Assembly (NCBI GenBank): GCA_963727525.1
Contig: CAVSGO010000004.1
Location: 1-64,000 of the forward strand
Direction: 5' to 3'
From: an uncultured bacterium
Lineage (GTDB): Bacteria; Krumholzibacteriota; Krumholzibacteriia; LZORAL124-64-63
Length of the DNA: 64,000 bases
Made by a program: the position numbers and the translations under genes
The notes under the pieces: generated by a model
What the model was told of the DNA's origin: nothing
The model's database searches: none
Seen by the model: only the letters and a program-made list of their open reading frames with translations
Shown: in pieces, positions 50,492 through 61,352 of the stretch
Numbering within the stretch: the stretch's first letter is position 1
Layout: every line of letters begins with the position of its first letter

Positions 50492-51025
50492 ATGGAGCGA
50501 GCATTGTCGAATCTCCTGCAGGAGCGCCGAAAGATCACGCCGGGGGTGAAGACCATCACGGTCGATATCTCGGACATGAAGGTGTCCGACGATCCGGACA
50601 CCATTCTCGTCACCTACTCGCTGGGTTCGTGCGTGGGGGTCTCGGTCTACGACCCGGTGGCCGGGGTGGGGGGCATGATCCACTGCATGCTGCCCCTTTC
50701 CAAGATCGACGAGACGAAGGCCAAGGCGCGTCCCTACATGTTCGTGGACACCGGCGTGATCGCGATGCTCACTGCCGTGTATGCCATGGGCGGGCAACGT
50801 CAGAACCTCGTGGCGAAGGTTGCGGGCGCCGGTTCGCCCCTGGGCAAGGAAGAGACCTTCCGCATCGGCCAGCGCAACTACACGATCCTGCGCAAGCTGC
50901 TGTGGAAGAACAACATCCTCATCGACGCCGAGGACATCGGCGGCGCATCTGCTCGCACGATGTATCTCTATCTGCGCGATGGCCTGACCACGGTCAAGAG
51001 CGGCGGCAAGGAAGTGCCCCTATGA
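50492..51025 (+). CDS. cheD: Chemoreceptor glutamine deamidase
   Basis: SLGSCVGV..YDP, GGMIHCMLP, AKVAGAG, IGQRN, EDIGG...RT. Confidence 0.92.
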   Translation: MERALSNLLQERRKITPGVKTITVDISDMKVSDDPDTILVTYSLGSCVGVSVYDPVAGVGGMIHCMLPLSKIDETKAKARPYMFVDTGVIAMLTAVYAMGGQRQNLVAKVAGAGSPLGKEETFRIGQRNYTILRKLLWKNNILIDAEDIGGASARTMYLYLRDGLTTVKSGGKEVPL

Positions 51026-51912
51026 CACGACGCGACGAGATTCTCGCCCAGGTGAAATCCGTACCCTCGCTGCCCGCCGTGGTGGTGAAGCTGCGCGAGT
51101 ACCTGGATGATCCCGAGGTCAACTTCAACGATCTGGCGCGGGTCATCGAGGTCGATCCGGGCCTCACCGCGAACGTCCTTCAGCTCGCCAACTCGGCCTA
51201 TTTCGGCTGGCACGGTTCGATATCCTCGGTGCGGGATGCGATCAGCCGCCTTGGCACGAAGCGCATCTTCCAGATGGTGCTGTGCATGTCGGTGGCGCCC
51301 ATGGCGCGCCGCCCGGTCAAGGGCTACGATCTCACGAGCGACCAGCTCTGGGATCACAGCATCGCCGTGGCGATGTGCTCCGAGCAGCTCGGTTACAAGC
51401 TGCAGCTCGCGTCCGCCATGCAGGCCTTCACGGCGGGTCTCCTGCACGACCTGGGCAAGGTCATCCTGGGGACGTTCGTCGAGATCGACGACGAGCCCAT
51501 CAAGGAGATCATGGAATCCGACGATCTCTCCTTCGACCAGGCGGAGCGCATGGTGCTGGGAATCGACCATGCGGAAGTCGGTGCCCACCTCATGCAGGAC
51601 TGGAATCTGCCCGAGGACGTCGTGGCGGCGACGCGCTGGCATCACGATCCCGCGACGAACGACACCTGGCATCAGGAGATGGTGGATCTCGTGCACTGCG
51701 CGGACGTGATCTGCATCAACGTGGGCTGGGGCGGCGGTGTCGACGGGCTCCACTATCGCCTCGACGAGGACGCGGCAGGCCGACTCGGTCTCAATGTCCG
51801 TATCGCCGAGGACGTCGCGGCGAAGGTCATGATCGGGCTGCAGGAGCTGAAGGCCCTGTTCACTCCCAGTACGGAAGGGAATACTCATGGCGTGCAACAT
51901 TCTGCTCGTTGA
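51022..51912 (+). CDS. HDOD domain protein
   Basis: PSLP, DPGLTANVLQLANS, LWDHS, AGLLHDLGK, GIDHAEVG...W.LP. Confidence 0.9.
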   Translation: MTRRDEILAQVKSVPSLPAVVVKLREYLDDPEVNFNDLARVIEVDPGLTANVLQLANSAYFGWHGSISSVRDAISRLGTKRIFQMVLCMSVAPMARRPVKGYDLTSDQLWDHSIAVAMCSEQLGYKLQLASAMQAFTAGLLHDLGKVILGTFVEIDDEPIKEIMESDDLSFDQAERMVLGIDHAEVGAHLMQDWNLPEDVVAATRWHHDPATNDTWHQEMVDLVHCADVICINVGWGGGVDGLHYRLDEDAAGRLGLNVRIAEDVAAKVMIGLQELKALFTPSTEGNTHGVQHSAR

Positions 51913-52268
51913 CGATTCGGCCACGGTGCGGGCCGTGATCAAGAAAGCTCTCCAGCTCTCGGGGGTCGACGTCGGCGAGTTGCACGAGGCCGCCAATGGC
52001 CGCGAGGCCCTGGATGTCCTCGATCAGCAGTGGGTCGATCTCGTCTTCGCCGACATCTGCATGCCGGTGATGGACGGAGAGGAGTTCGTGGACGTTCTAC
52101 GGGAACGCGGCGCCCTGGATACGTTGCCGGTGGTCGTCGTGTCGTCCGCAGGTAGCGAACCACGAGTCTCGCGGCTTCGCGAGAAGGGTGTGCGGGACTA
52201 CATCCAGAAGCCATTCACGCCGGAGCGCATCCGGGAAGTCGTGGACCAGGTGATGGGGGTGAAGAATC

Positions 52269-52279
<11 letters not shown>
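51887..52279 (+). CDS. cheY: CheY-like response regulator
   Basis: ILLVDDS, DICMPVMDG, SS, KPF. Confidence 0.85.
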
Positions 52280-53785
<1,506 letters not shown>

Positions 53786-53874
53786 GTATCCCGACGCAGT
53801 TCTTCCACGATGGCACACGGGCGAGACCGGCCCCGGGGGATTCCTGGACCGGTCGACCGGCGCGTGGGGACGGG

Positions 53875-54357
53875 TCAGCGGCTGAGCAAGCCGAGCGTTG
53901 CCACCCCGAATGGCGTCTCGCCTCTCAGGTCTACCCGGCGGCTCGGATTCAGGATCCAGGCCGCATCGCTGCCGGCCTGAGGAGCCGTATACAGCTCGGG
54001 CTCGCTGGGTGTGACGTGAGGGTTCATCTCGATCCGATTGAGCATGCCGCGTAGGTTGTTGAAGACCTCGCCCAGGCCGTCGAGTACGGCATCGGACGCC
54101 TTGCCCTGCGTCTTCATCCCCATGAGCGTGGGCGCGGGCATCATGATCAGTTCGCCACCCAGGTAGAGCGAGGCCGCGAGATCCGAGACGATGGCGCCCT
54201 CGATGGCTCCGCCGGCCCCTTTCAACCAGGTGATGTAGGTACCGCGCGGCGGTACCGCGAGGTCGATGCCCGGGCCGTCCGCCAGGGGCGGACGCTCGCC
54301 GATGAACATGCTCAGCAGATCGAGAACGGCTTTGGTATCGGGAAGCGCGAGCGTCAC
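53875..54357 (-). CDS. CheC/CheX-fold-like hypothetical protein
   Basis: DGLGEVFNNLRG (ExxN); last gene of the cheY-led operon. Confidence 0.5.
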   Translation of the reverse strand: MTLALPDTKAVLDLLSMFIGERPPLADGPGIDLAVPPRGTYITWLKGAGGAIEGAIVSDLAASLYLGGELIMMPAPTLMGMKTQGKASDAVLDGLGEVFNNLRGMLNRIEMNPHVTPSEPELYTAPQAGSDAAWILNPSRRVDLRGETPFGVATLGLLSR

Positions 54358-54360
54358 GGT

Positions 54361-55425
54361 TCAGCCCTCCTGCCAGATGAGAATCACGTGAATGACCAGA
54401 CCATCGGGACCGTTGAGGCTCTGGGAGAGCCCGCGCAGCCCGCAGGCGAAGAATTCGATGCAGCCGCGCCCTTCCATGAAGAGCGGCAGGCCGAGCTGGA
54501 CGCGCTCGCCGGCCTCGAGGCGTTTGGCCTTGAGCACGCCAGCGGCGACGTTGACGAGCTCGCCGAGGCCGTCGGCGAGGTCGTCGAGTTCGGGCTCCTC
54601 GTCCGCGTCCATGGCAAAGAGCACGCGCGTGAGTTGGTTGCAGCTCGAGCGATCAGCCATGACGGCGAGGTTCCAGCCTCCGCCGACTTCCGTCGTCAGG
54701 GCGATCGAACTACCGAAGTCGACTTTTGCCTCGCGCGGGTCGCTGGGATCGCTCTGGACGTCGAGCTTCAACCCGACTTGGACGTCGCAGGTCGTGATGG
54801 TGGCTTCCACCGCTTCCTGCAGAACCGTGATAGGTAGCGACTCGGCCACGTCCAGGGGCTCGCTGGTCTGCGTCGTCATGGGGAAGTTCCCTCCTGTCGG
54901 GTCACCGCTCTGCCAGATCAGAATCACCTGCATTTCCTGTCCATCGGGATCGCGCAGCTTCTGCGCGATGGCGTTGACACCCTTCGAGAAGAACCGGATC
55001 CAGCCGCTGCCGCGCATGAAGATCGGCAGCCCGAGCTGGTAGGACTCGTCCCGTTTCTTGCGGAACGTCTTCCAGAGACCGGCGGCGACGTTGGGGACCT
55101 CGACGAGCGAGTCCGCCAGATCACAGAGAGCCGGTTCCGTATCGGGGTCGAGGTCGAGAGCGAGGGTGGCGATCGACCGGGTCGCGGCCTCGCTGCATAC
55201 CACGGCGAAATTGAAGAGCGTGCTCGGGCTGGTCACGGCGATCGTGCTGCCGTAGTCGCTGGCCCCGAGGTCAGGCGCGCCCGGCATGCCGACGGGGGTG
55301 ACCTGCCAGCCGAGCTGGATCGCGAAGGTCTGTCGGGTGGCTTCCACCGCGTCGCGCAACGCATCGAGCTTCGACATCAGGTCGAGCTGCAGGGCAGGCG
55401 TGATCTGTGTGGAGGGTTGCGTCAC
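54361..55425 (-). CDS. Tandem two-domain CheX-like protein
   Basis: Internal duplication 'DSLVEVPNVAAG..K...QLGLPIFMRG' / 'DGLGELVNVAAG..K...QLGLPLFMEG'. Confidence 0.65.
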   Translation of the reverse strand: MTQPSTQITPALQLDLMSKLDALRDAVEATRQTFAIQLGWQVTPVGMPGAPDLGASDYGSTIAVTSPSTLFNFAVVCSEAATRSIATLALDLDPDTEPALCDLADSLVEVPNVAAGLWKTFRKKRDESYQLGLPIFMRGSGWIRFFSKGVNAIAQKLRDPDGQEMQVILIWQSGDPTGGNFPMTTQTSEPLDVAESLPITVLQEAVEATITTCDVQVGLKLDVQSDPSDPREAKVDFGSSIALTTEVGGGWNLAVMADRSSCNQLTRVLFAMDADEEPELDDLADGLGELVNVAAGVLKAKRLEAGERVQLGLPLFMEGRGCIEFFACGLRGLSQSLNGPDGLVIHVILIWQEG

Positions 55426-55784
55426 GAGACGAATGCCCCCAGGACCTGGCCCATGTCCTCGGCCGTGAAGGGCTTGGCGAGCAGGAACATGGCGCCCGCC
55501 TCGGTGGCGGCCTCCACCATATCGCCCGTGCTCTCCGAGGTGACGAAACCGAACGGGATCTCGATCCCCTTCGCGTTCAGCTCGCGCAGGAACTCGATAC
55601 CGGTCATCTCGGGCATGTGCCAGTCCGACAGGATCAGATCGGGCTTCTCGGCGTCGACGACGGTGAGAGCCTCACGCCCATTCTCGGCCTCGACGATATC
55701 GTGACCGGTGTAACCTGCCTGGCGGATGGTCCGCGACACGATGCGCCGCATGGCGCGGCTGTCGTCGACGACCAGGATCTTCAT
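55422..55784 (-). CDS. cheY: CheY-like response regulator
   Basis: MKILVVDDS, SDWHMPEMTG, VTSE, KPF; GAGGAGG RBS. Confidence 0.88.
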   Translation of the reverse strand: MKILVVDDSRAMRRIVSRTIRQAGYTGHDIVEAENGREALTVVDAEKPDLILSDWHMPEMTGIEFLRELNAKGIEIPFGFVTSESTGDMVEAATEAGAMFLLAKPFTAEDMGQVLGAFVS

Positions 55785-55841
55785 GGTGGCCTCCTCTGCG
55801 AGTCTCGCGATTGCTCCCGGGGGGCGCGCCCCTGCGATGCG

Positions 55842-55868
55842 ATTTCGGCCGGCACCAGATGGGCTTTA
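55842..55868 (-). promoter_or_regulatory. Sigma28 (FliA)-type promoter
   Basis: Minus strand TAAA-N15-GCCGAAAT versus consensus TAAA-N15-GCCGATAA, ~57 bp upstream of cheY. Confidence 0.65.
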
Positions 55869-55904
55869 CTGAAAATCCCGACGACGGGATTGGTGGACGG
55901 GTTT

Positions 55905-57125
55905 CTAGCGGCGCGGGTTCTTGGGCATGGCGGAGTCGGGGGTTACCAGGTAGCGGACGGACGCGGCGCAAGCCTCGCGGACGGCATCCGTGAGCTCCAT
56001 CCGCTCCGATAGTTCGGCAAGCATCTCCGGTCTGGCCGCGAGCACCGGCCGCGGCGAGCGGATCGAGCAGCAGTCGCGGTAGGGCTCGATGGAGGTGGTG
56101 TAGGCGCCGATCTCTTTGCTGATTGCGGTGATCTGTACCTTGTCCATGGCGATCAACGGGCGAAAAACCGGCAACGCGAGGTCCGGGCCGATGGCGGCGA
56201 GGTTGTGCAGCGTCTGGCTCGCCACCTGCCCGAGGCTGTCGCCGGTGACCAGCCCGAGGCAGTGCTCCCGGCGGGCGATCGCGTGGGCGGTCTTGAGCAT
56301 GAAGCGCCGGAACATCACCATGTCGTAGGGATCCGAGATGGCCTCGACGGCACGCACCTCGTAGGGCACCACCGGCACCAGCCAGAGCGTGAGCGGGCTG
56401 GGGGAATACCGCGCCAGGATCTGCGCGAGCGCGATGATCTTGCCCGTGTCGGCCTCTTCCGCGGTGCGGCCGGTGTGGATGTGGACGAGGATCGGTCGAC
56501 AGCCGCGTTTCATCAGCGACCAGGCGGCGACGGGCGAGTCGATGCCGCCCGAGAGCAGGCAGGCCACCCGGCCGCTCACGCCCACCGGCAGGCCGCCGAA
56601 GGCCGGAACCTTGTGCGTGGCGATGAGATACCGGTTACGTAGTACGAGTACGTGGACCGTGAAATCAGGCTGGCTCATGCGCGCGGGCAGCTTGATGGCA
56701 TCGCCCACGGCGTCGCCGACGATGCGATTGATTTCCATCGACACGTAGGGGAAACTGCGGTCGCTGCGACGGGTGTCCACCTTGAAGGTGCGCGCGTCGC
56801 CCACGTCCTGCACTGCGCGCTCTGCGGCCGCGGCGGCGACCCGGGCAAGGTCGCGGTCTGGGTCGTCGCGGGGTATCGACACGGTGGGAGCGATCCACTG
56901 CAAGCCGAAGACCCGCCGGAGCTTGTCGGCCACGGCGTCGGCGCGCTGCGGGTCGTCCAGGCGGATCAGGAAGCGACTCTCGACGTGGTTGATGCCGGCG
57001 ATGGGTTCGCCGGCCAGGGCCGCGCGCATGTTGTTGAGCAGGCGGCGCTGGAACGCCGGCCGGTTCTTGCCCTTGAGAGCGATCTCGGCGTAAGTGGCGA
57101 CCAGCACCGGCGTGGGGAAACTCAC
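55905..57125 (-). CDS. thiI: tRNA 4-thiouridine synthase (THUMP + PP-loop, no rhodanese domain)
   Basis: EIALKGKNR, GGLPVG, LLSGGIDSPVA, GDSLGQVASQTL, RPLI..DK, DCC. Confidence 0.92.
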   Translation of the reverse strand: MSFPTPVLVATYAEIALKGKNRPAFQRRLLNNMRAALAGEPIAGINHVESRFLIRLDDPQRADAVADKLRRVFGLQWIAPTVSIPRDDPDRDLARVAAAAAERAVQDVGDARTFKVDTRRSDRSFPYVSMEINRIVGDAVGDAIKLPARMSQPDFTVHVLVLRNRYLIATHKVPAFGGLPVGVSGRVACLLSGGIDSPVAAWSLMKRGCRPILVHIHTGRTAEEADTGKIIALAQILARYSPSPLTLWLVPVVPYEVRAVEAISDPYDMVMFRRFMLKTAHAIARREHCLGLVTGDSLGQVASQTLHNLAAIGPDLALPVFRPLIAMDKVQITAISKEIGAYTTSIEPYRDCCSIRSPRPVLAARPEMLAELSERMELTDAVREACAASVRYLVTPDSAMPKNPRR

Positions 57126-57318
57126 GGTTGACTCCTGAACGGTCTTGGTTGACGACGATCTCGCGTCGGATGGCATTGAAGCCACGGCTGGGGCATGGCA
57201 TCTTCTCCCGGAACGGGAGAATCTAGCAGGCCGCTCGCCGCGGTCGCAATATCGCACGCAAATGGACGACTCGCGAAACGGACGACACGCCACCGGACAG
57301 GACGCGTACGGAGGAAGC

Positions 57319-57537
57319 ATGATGACGACCGTTCACGGTATCTCCCTCGACATCGCGTGCGGTGTACCCTGCCTCGCTCCGGAACTCGAGCGCGGCTCGC
57401 CAGAGGCGATCGGCGCATTGCTTCACCTGTTCGAGAAGGCGGTGGCGTTCGGCGGCCGCTGGCTCGGCGTGAGCCAGTTCGATCAACCGGGCGTGGAGGC
57501 GTACACGCGCGAGATGCGACGCCTGCTCGGATGCTAG
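57319..57537 (+). pseudogene. pgi: 72-aa remnant of glucose-6-phosphate isomerase (C-terminal segment with short N-terminus)
   Basis: 'IGALLHLFEKAVAFGGRWLGVSQFDQPGVEAYTREMRRLLG' matches the PGI C-terminal FDQPGVE motif; intact GGAGG RBS. Confidence 0.7.
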
Positions 57538-57563
57538 GTCACGAATTCAAGGAGGGGTGCGCG

Positions 57564-58418
57564 ATGGACGCAGGATTCATCGGTCTCGGTTCGCTCGGCA
57601 TGGCGATGACGGAGCGCCTGCGGGCGCAAGGCGTGGCGCTCAGCGTCTGGAATCGCACGCGGGCGCGAGCCGACGCCCTAGGCGTCGCCGTGGCCACGTC
57701 GCCTGCCAATCTTGTCGGACGCGTGCCGGCGGTGATCCTGTGTCTGGCCAACAGCGATGCCGTGGAGGCCGTGCTGCGCGGCAAGGACGGCGTGCTCGCC
57801 GGCGACTGCGCCGACACGTTGATCATCGACACCACGACCAACCACCACGCGCCCGTCGCGCTGTTCCACCAGCTCTGTGCGCAGAAGGGCGCACGTTACG
57901 TCGAGGCGCCGGTGGCCGGCAGCGTGGTGCCGGCGCGCGAGGGACGCCTCGTCGCCATGGTGAGCGGCCGTCCGGACGACGTCGCTGCCGCACGGCCGTA
58001 TCTCGAGCTGCTCGCGTCCACGATCCACGTGCTGGGGGAGCCAGGGCTGGCCACGCGCATGAAGCTCATCAACAATCTCTGCCTGGGCACGTTCATGGCG
58101 GTGATCGCCGAGGCGCTCGCCACCGCCGAGGCGGCCGGTATTCCGCCGGCGCAGGCCCTGGACGTGCTCGGCGACGGAGGGGCGAAGTCGGGCGTGCTGG
58201 GCGCGAAGCGCCAGAAGCTGCTCGACCACGACTGGTCGCCGCAATTCTCCGCCGCGATGATCCACAAGGATCTGCATTGCCTGCAGGACCTCGCCCGCGA
58301 TCTGGGCGTGCCGCAGCACCTCGCGGGCGTGGTGAAGGAGCAGTTCGGTCGCATGTTCCGGCAGGGGCTGGCCGATCGCGACTTCGCCGCGATCTACGAG
58401 ATCTTCCACCGCGGCTGA
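57564..58418 (+). CDS. Beta-hydroxyacid (3-hydroxyisobutyrate) dehydrogenase family oxidoreductase
   Basis: GFIGLG.LG, WNRT, EAPVAGS, MKLINN, KDL. Confidence 0.9.
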   Translation: MDAGFIGLGSLGMAMTERLRAQGVALSVWNRTRARADALGVAVATSPANLVGRVPAVILCLANSDAVEAVLRGKDGVLAGDCADTLIIDTTTNHHAPVALFHQLCAQKGARYVEAPVAGSVVPAREGRLVAMVSGRPDDVAAARPYLELLASTIHVLGEPGLATRMKLINNLCLGTFMAVIAEALATAEAAGIPPAQALDVLGDGGAKSGVLGAKRQKLLDHDWSPQFSAAMIHKDLHCLQDLARDLGVPQHLAGVVKEQFGRMFRQGLADRDFAAIYEIFHRG

Positions 58419-58452
58419 GTTCAGCCGCGCCCCCCGCGAAGGAGAGGCGAAC

Positions 58453-61029
58453 ATGCGACGGTGGCTCATTCTCGGCGGTCTCTGTCTGCTGACGACCGCG
58501 ACTGCCGTGCTGGCGCAAGTCGGCGATCCCCGCCTGACGCTCGACTACCGATCGCTCTCGCTGCTGGTGCCGGAGACGCCCGGCGTCAGCGGCGGCGCGG
58601 TGGCCGGACTCATCAACCCGGCGGCGTGGCGCGTCAGCGCGCTCGGGCGTCCGGAACTGGCGTTCTTCGGCGACAACGGCACGGGATTCTCGACGAAGCG
58701 GTACAACTGGGGCGTGGCCTCGAGCGGGCTTTTCGGGCCCGGCGCTGTCGGGCTCGGCGTGTACAACCAGTGGTTCCAGGCGGCCGATCGAGTGCGCCAG
58801 GTCACCAACTGGCAGCTCGGCGTCGCGATGGGCGATCGCGATGGGTATCTCGGTCTGGCCTACCGGTGGGCCACCGGCGCCGAGGAGGTGCTGGGGCGAG
58901 AGAACTCCTGGGTCGCGGGTCTCCTGCTGCAGCCGTACCGGTACGTTTCGTTCGGCGCCAGCGGCGCCTGGTCCACGGCGTCGCGGGCTGCGCAGGGCGT
59001 CTTCGACGTCGGTCTGCGGCCGCTGGGCACCCCGCTCTTCACCGTGTACAGCGACTACACGCTCGACCAGGGCGCGAAGTTCGGCGACGGCCGCTGGGGG
59101 CTCGGCGTGGCGCTGCGGCCCACGGCCGGCCTGCGCCTCGGCGTGACCGCGCGCGAGGCGGCCGACGGCGGCGGGCCGCAGTGGGGCATGCACGTGGGCC
59201 TCACGTTCGACGACTTCACCGCCGTCGACGTGGTGGCAGGCGACGATTCGCAGCTCGGCGTCGTGACCAGCCTCAATCCCCCGACGCGGGGCATGCGGTT
59301 GCCGCCCCTGCTCGATCGGGACCGCAAGGAACCGACGTACGCCGTCGTCGATCTCGAGAACAAGACGGTGACGTACCAGAAGTACCGCTGGGGAGACGAT
59401 CGCCGCGTGGCCTGGCTCGACCTGGTGCGGCATCTCGAGGCCATCGCGCGCGATCCCGATGTCGCCGGCGTCATGCTCAACCTTGCGGACACGACGTACC
59501 GCCCGTCCCTGGCCTGGGAGCTGCGCACGATGCTGGCGCGCCTGCAGGCCCAGGGCAAGAAGGTCATCGTCTACGCGAACCGGCTCGACTTTCTGCGGTA
59601 CTACGTCGCGTCGGTCGCCGACCGGATCGTGCTCGACCCCGAGGGCGCCGTGGTGCTGCAAGGCGTGGCGATGCGGCGCACCTTCGAGAAGGAGATGCTC
59701 GCCAAGGTCGGGATCGGCTTCCAGCCGATGAAGTACTTCACCTACAAGTCGGCGATGGACGTCTTCGCGCGCGCCGATCTGGACAGCGCCGATCGTGGGC
59801 AGCGTCAGCGCATGGTCGACGTGATCTACGAGACGGTGCGCGACGGCGTCTGCGCGAGCCGCCACCTCGACGCGGCCCGCTTCGACGCTCTCGTGAATCA
59901 GGACCTCGGCTTCTGGCCCCAGCTCGCCCGCGAACGCGGACTCGTCGACGACATCGGGCGCTGGCGAGACATGCTCGAATCCGTGCGCGATTCCGAGCAC
60001 CGGTCCACCGGGGGCCCCTCGCCCGCCTGCTATCCCCACGCCTATCCGGAAGCCCACTGGAGCGCACCCACGCGCATCGCCGTGGTTTACGCCGTGGGCC
60101 CCTGCGCCATGGACAGCGGGATCCATGGCCGCGCTACCGCGAGGTTCCTGCGCGGTCTGAAGCACGATCCTGGCGTGGCGGCTGTCGTGCTGCGCGCCGA
60201 CTCGCCGGGTGGCGACGTGCTGCCCAGCGATCTCGTCGCCGGCGCGGTGCGGGAACTGCGCGCGGCCGGCAAGCCGGTGGTCGTGAGCCAGGGCGATGTG
60301 GCGGCCTCGGGCGGCTACTGGATCAGCATGGACGGCGAACGGATCCTCACCACTCCGCTCACCATCACCGGCAGCATCGGCGTGATCGCGGGCTGGTTCT
60401 GGAACGACGGCATCGGCGACAAGGTGGGCCTGACCACCGACGGCGTGCAACGCGGTGATCACGCCGATCTCCTCACCGGGCTGCGCTTTCCTCTGATCGG
60501 ATCCATGCTGCCGGCACGTCCGCTCGATGGCCAGGAGCTGGAACTCGCGCGTGGATACATCCTGCAGAGCTACGACGATTTCGTGCGCAAGGTGGCAACC
60601 GGTCGTGGCCTCGATGAGGCGCGGGTCCGCGCCATCGCCCAGGGGCACGTGTGGATGGGCGAGGACGCCCTGGCGCGCGGTCTCTGCGATCAGGTGGGCA
60701 CGCTCACCGACGCCATCGCCCTGGCGCGCCACGAGGCGGGTGTTCCCGACGATCGCGAGGTGACGCTACAGGAATATCCACCGCGGCCGCTCGTGGACCT
60801 GGCCGCGCTGCTGGGGACGGGCGGCGCCCTTCCCAGCTTCCCATTCGGTCTGCTCGGGCCATTGCCCGTACCGGCCTGGCTCTCGCGCGCCCAGCCGGCG
60901 ACCACGGAGCCCGGGGCGCCTCGCGACTACGTGCAGGAATACCTGAATGCCCTCGCCGAGCAGCCGGGCCGGGGGATGGCGGTGACGCCGCCCGACGCAC
61001 TGCCGGCGGCCTGGACCGCCATTCGTTGA
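58453..61029 (+). CDS. sppA: Signal peptide peptidase SppA (S49, two domains) fused to an N-terminal beta-barrel-like domain
   Basis: YKSA (Lys), DSPGG, DVAASGGYW (Ser), TGSIGV, IAQG.VW.G..A...GL.D. N-terminal ~270 aa: signal peptide, NPA motif, amphipathic strands. Confidence 0.85.
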   Translation: MRRWLILGGLCLLTTATAVLAQVGDPRLTLDYRSLSLLVPETPGVSGGAVAGLINPAAWRVSALGRPELAFFGDNGTGFSTKRYNWGVASSGLFGPGAVGLGVYNQWFQAADRVRQVTNWQLGVAMGDRDGYLGLAYRWATGAEEVLGRENSWVAGLLLQPYRYVSFGASGAWSTASRAAQGVFDVGLRPLGTPLFTVYSDYTLDQGAKFGDGRWGLGVALRPTAGLRLGVTAREAADGGGPQWGMHVGLTFDDFTAVDVVAGDDSQLGVVTSLNPPTRGMRLPPLLDRDRKEPTYAVVDLENKTVTYQKYRWGDDRRVAWLDLVRHLEAIARDPDVAGVMLNLADTTYRPSLAWELRTMLARLQAQGKKVIVYANRLDFLRYYVASVADRIVLDPEGAVVLQGVAMRRTFEKEMLAKVGIGFQPMKYFTYKSAMDVFARADLDSADRGQRQRMVDVIYETVRDGVCASRHLDAARFDALVNQDLGFWPQLARERGLVDDIGRWRDMLESVRDSEHRSTGGPSPACYPHAYPEAHWSAPTRIAVVYAVGPCAMDSGIHGRATARFLRGLKHDPGVAAVVLRADSPGGDVLPSDLVAGAVRELRAAGKPVVVSQGDVAASGGYWISMDGERILTTPLTITGSIGVIAGWFWNDGIGDKVGLTTDGVQRGDHADLLTGLRFPLIGSMLPARPLDGQELELARGYILQSYDDFVRKVATGRGLDEARVRAIAQGHVWMGEDALARGLCDQVGTLTDAIALARHEAGVPDDREVTLQEYPPRPLVDLAALLGTGGALPSFPFGLLGPLPVPAWLSRAQPATTEPGAPRDYVQEYLNALAEQPGRGMAVTPPDALPAAWTAIR

Positions 61030-61050
61030 CCCCCGGCCCCGGCCACGGGA

Positions 61051-61083
61051 AAGGCCCCCGGATCACCATGATCCGGGGGCCTT
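61051..61083. terminator. Bidirectional terminator hairpin
   Basis: AAGGCCCCCGGATCA-CCA-TGATCCGGGGGCCTT perfect 15-bp stem between convergent genes. Confidence 0.75.
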
Positions 61084-61108
61084 CGCGTATATTCGGCAGG
61101 GGGCGCCG

Positions 61109-61270
61109 TCACTCGAGATGGTGGTACCACCAGCGCCGCACGCCATACATGGCGAGCGCCGCGGCCACGAGCGACAGGAAGAAGCCGAAGCCTGCGCCCA
61201 GCGGGCGGCCGATCATCCAGCCCGCACCGCTGCCGACCGTGGCGGCCATGTAGGCCACGAGATGTTTCAT
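61109..61270 (-). CDS. 53-aa small membrane protein
   Basis: GGAGGAG RBS; MKHLVAYMAATVGSGAGWMIG...FFLSLVAAALAMYGVRRW, two Gly-rich hydrophobic segments. Confidence 0.65.
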   Translation of the reverse strand: MKHLVAYMAATVGSGAGWMIGRPLGAGFGFFLSLVAAALAMYGVRRWWYHHLE

Positions 61271-61352
61271 CCCGGTCTCCTCCCTTGCAAATTGCACGCA
61301 TCGCGCGCCGCTCGGGAGGGAAATGCAGGAACGGGACCAGATGCCGGCGTCG

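Noticed and set aside
51022..51912. HD-GYP phosphodiesterase call
   Set aside because: No GYP motif; the pattern fits HDOD.
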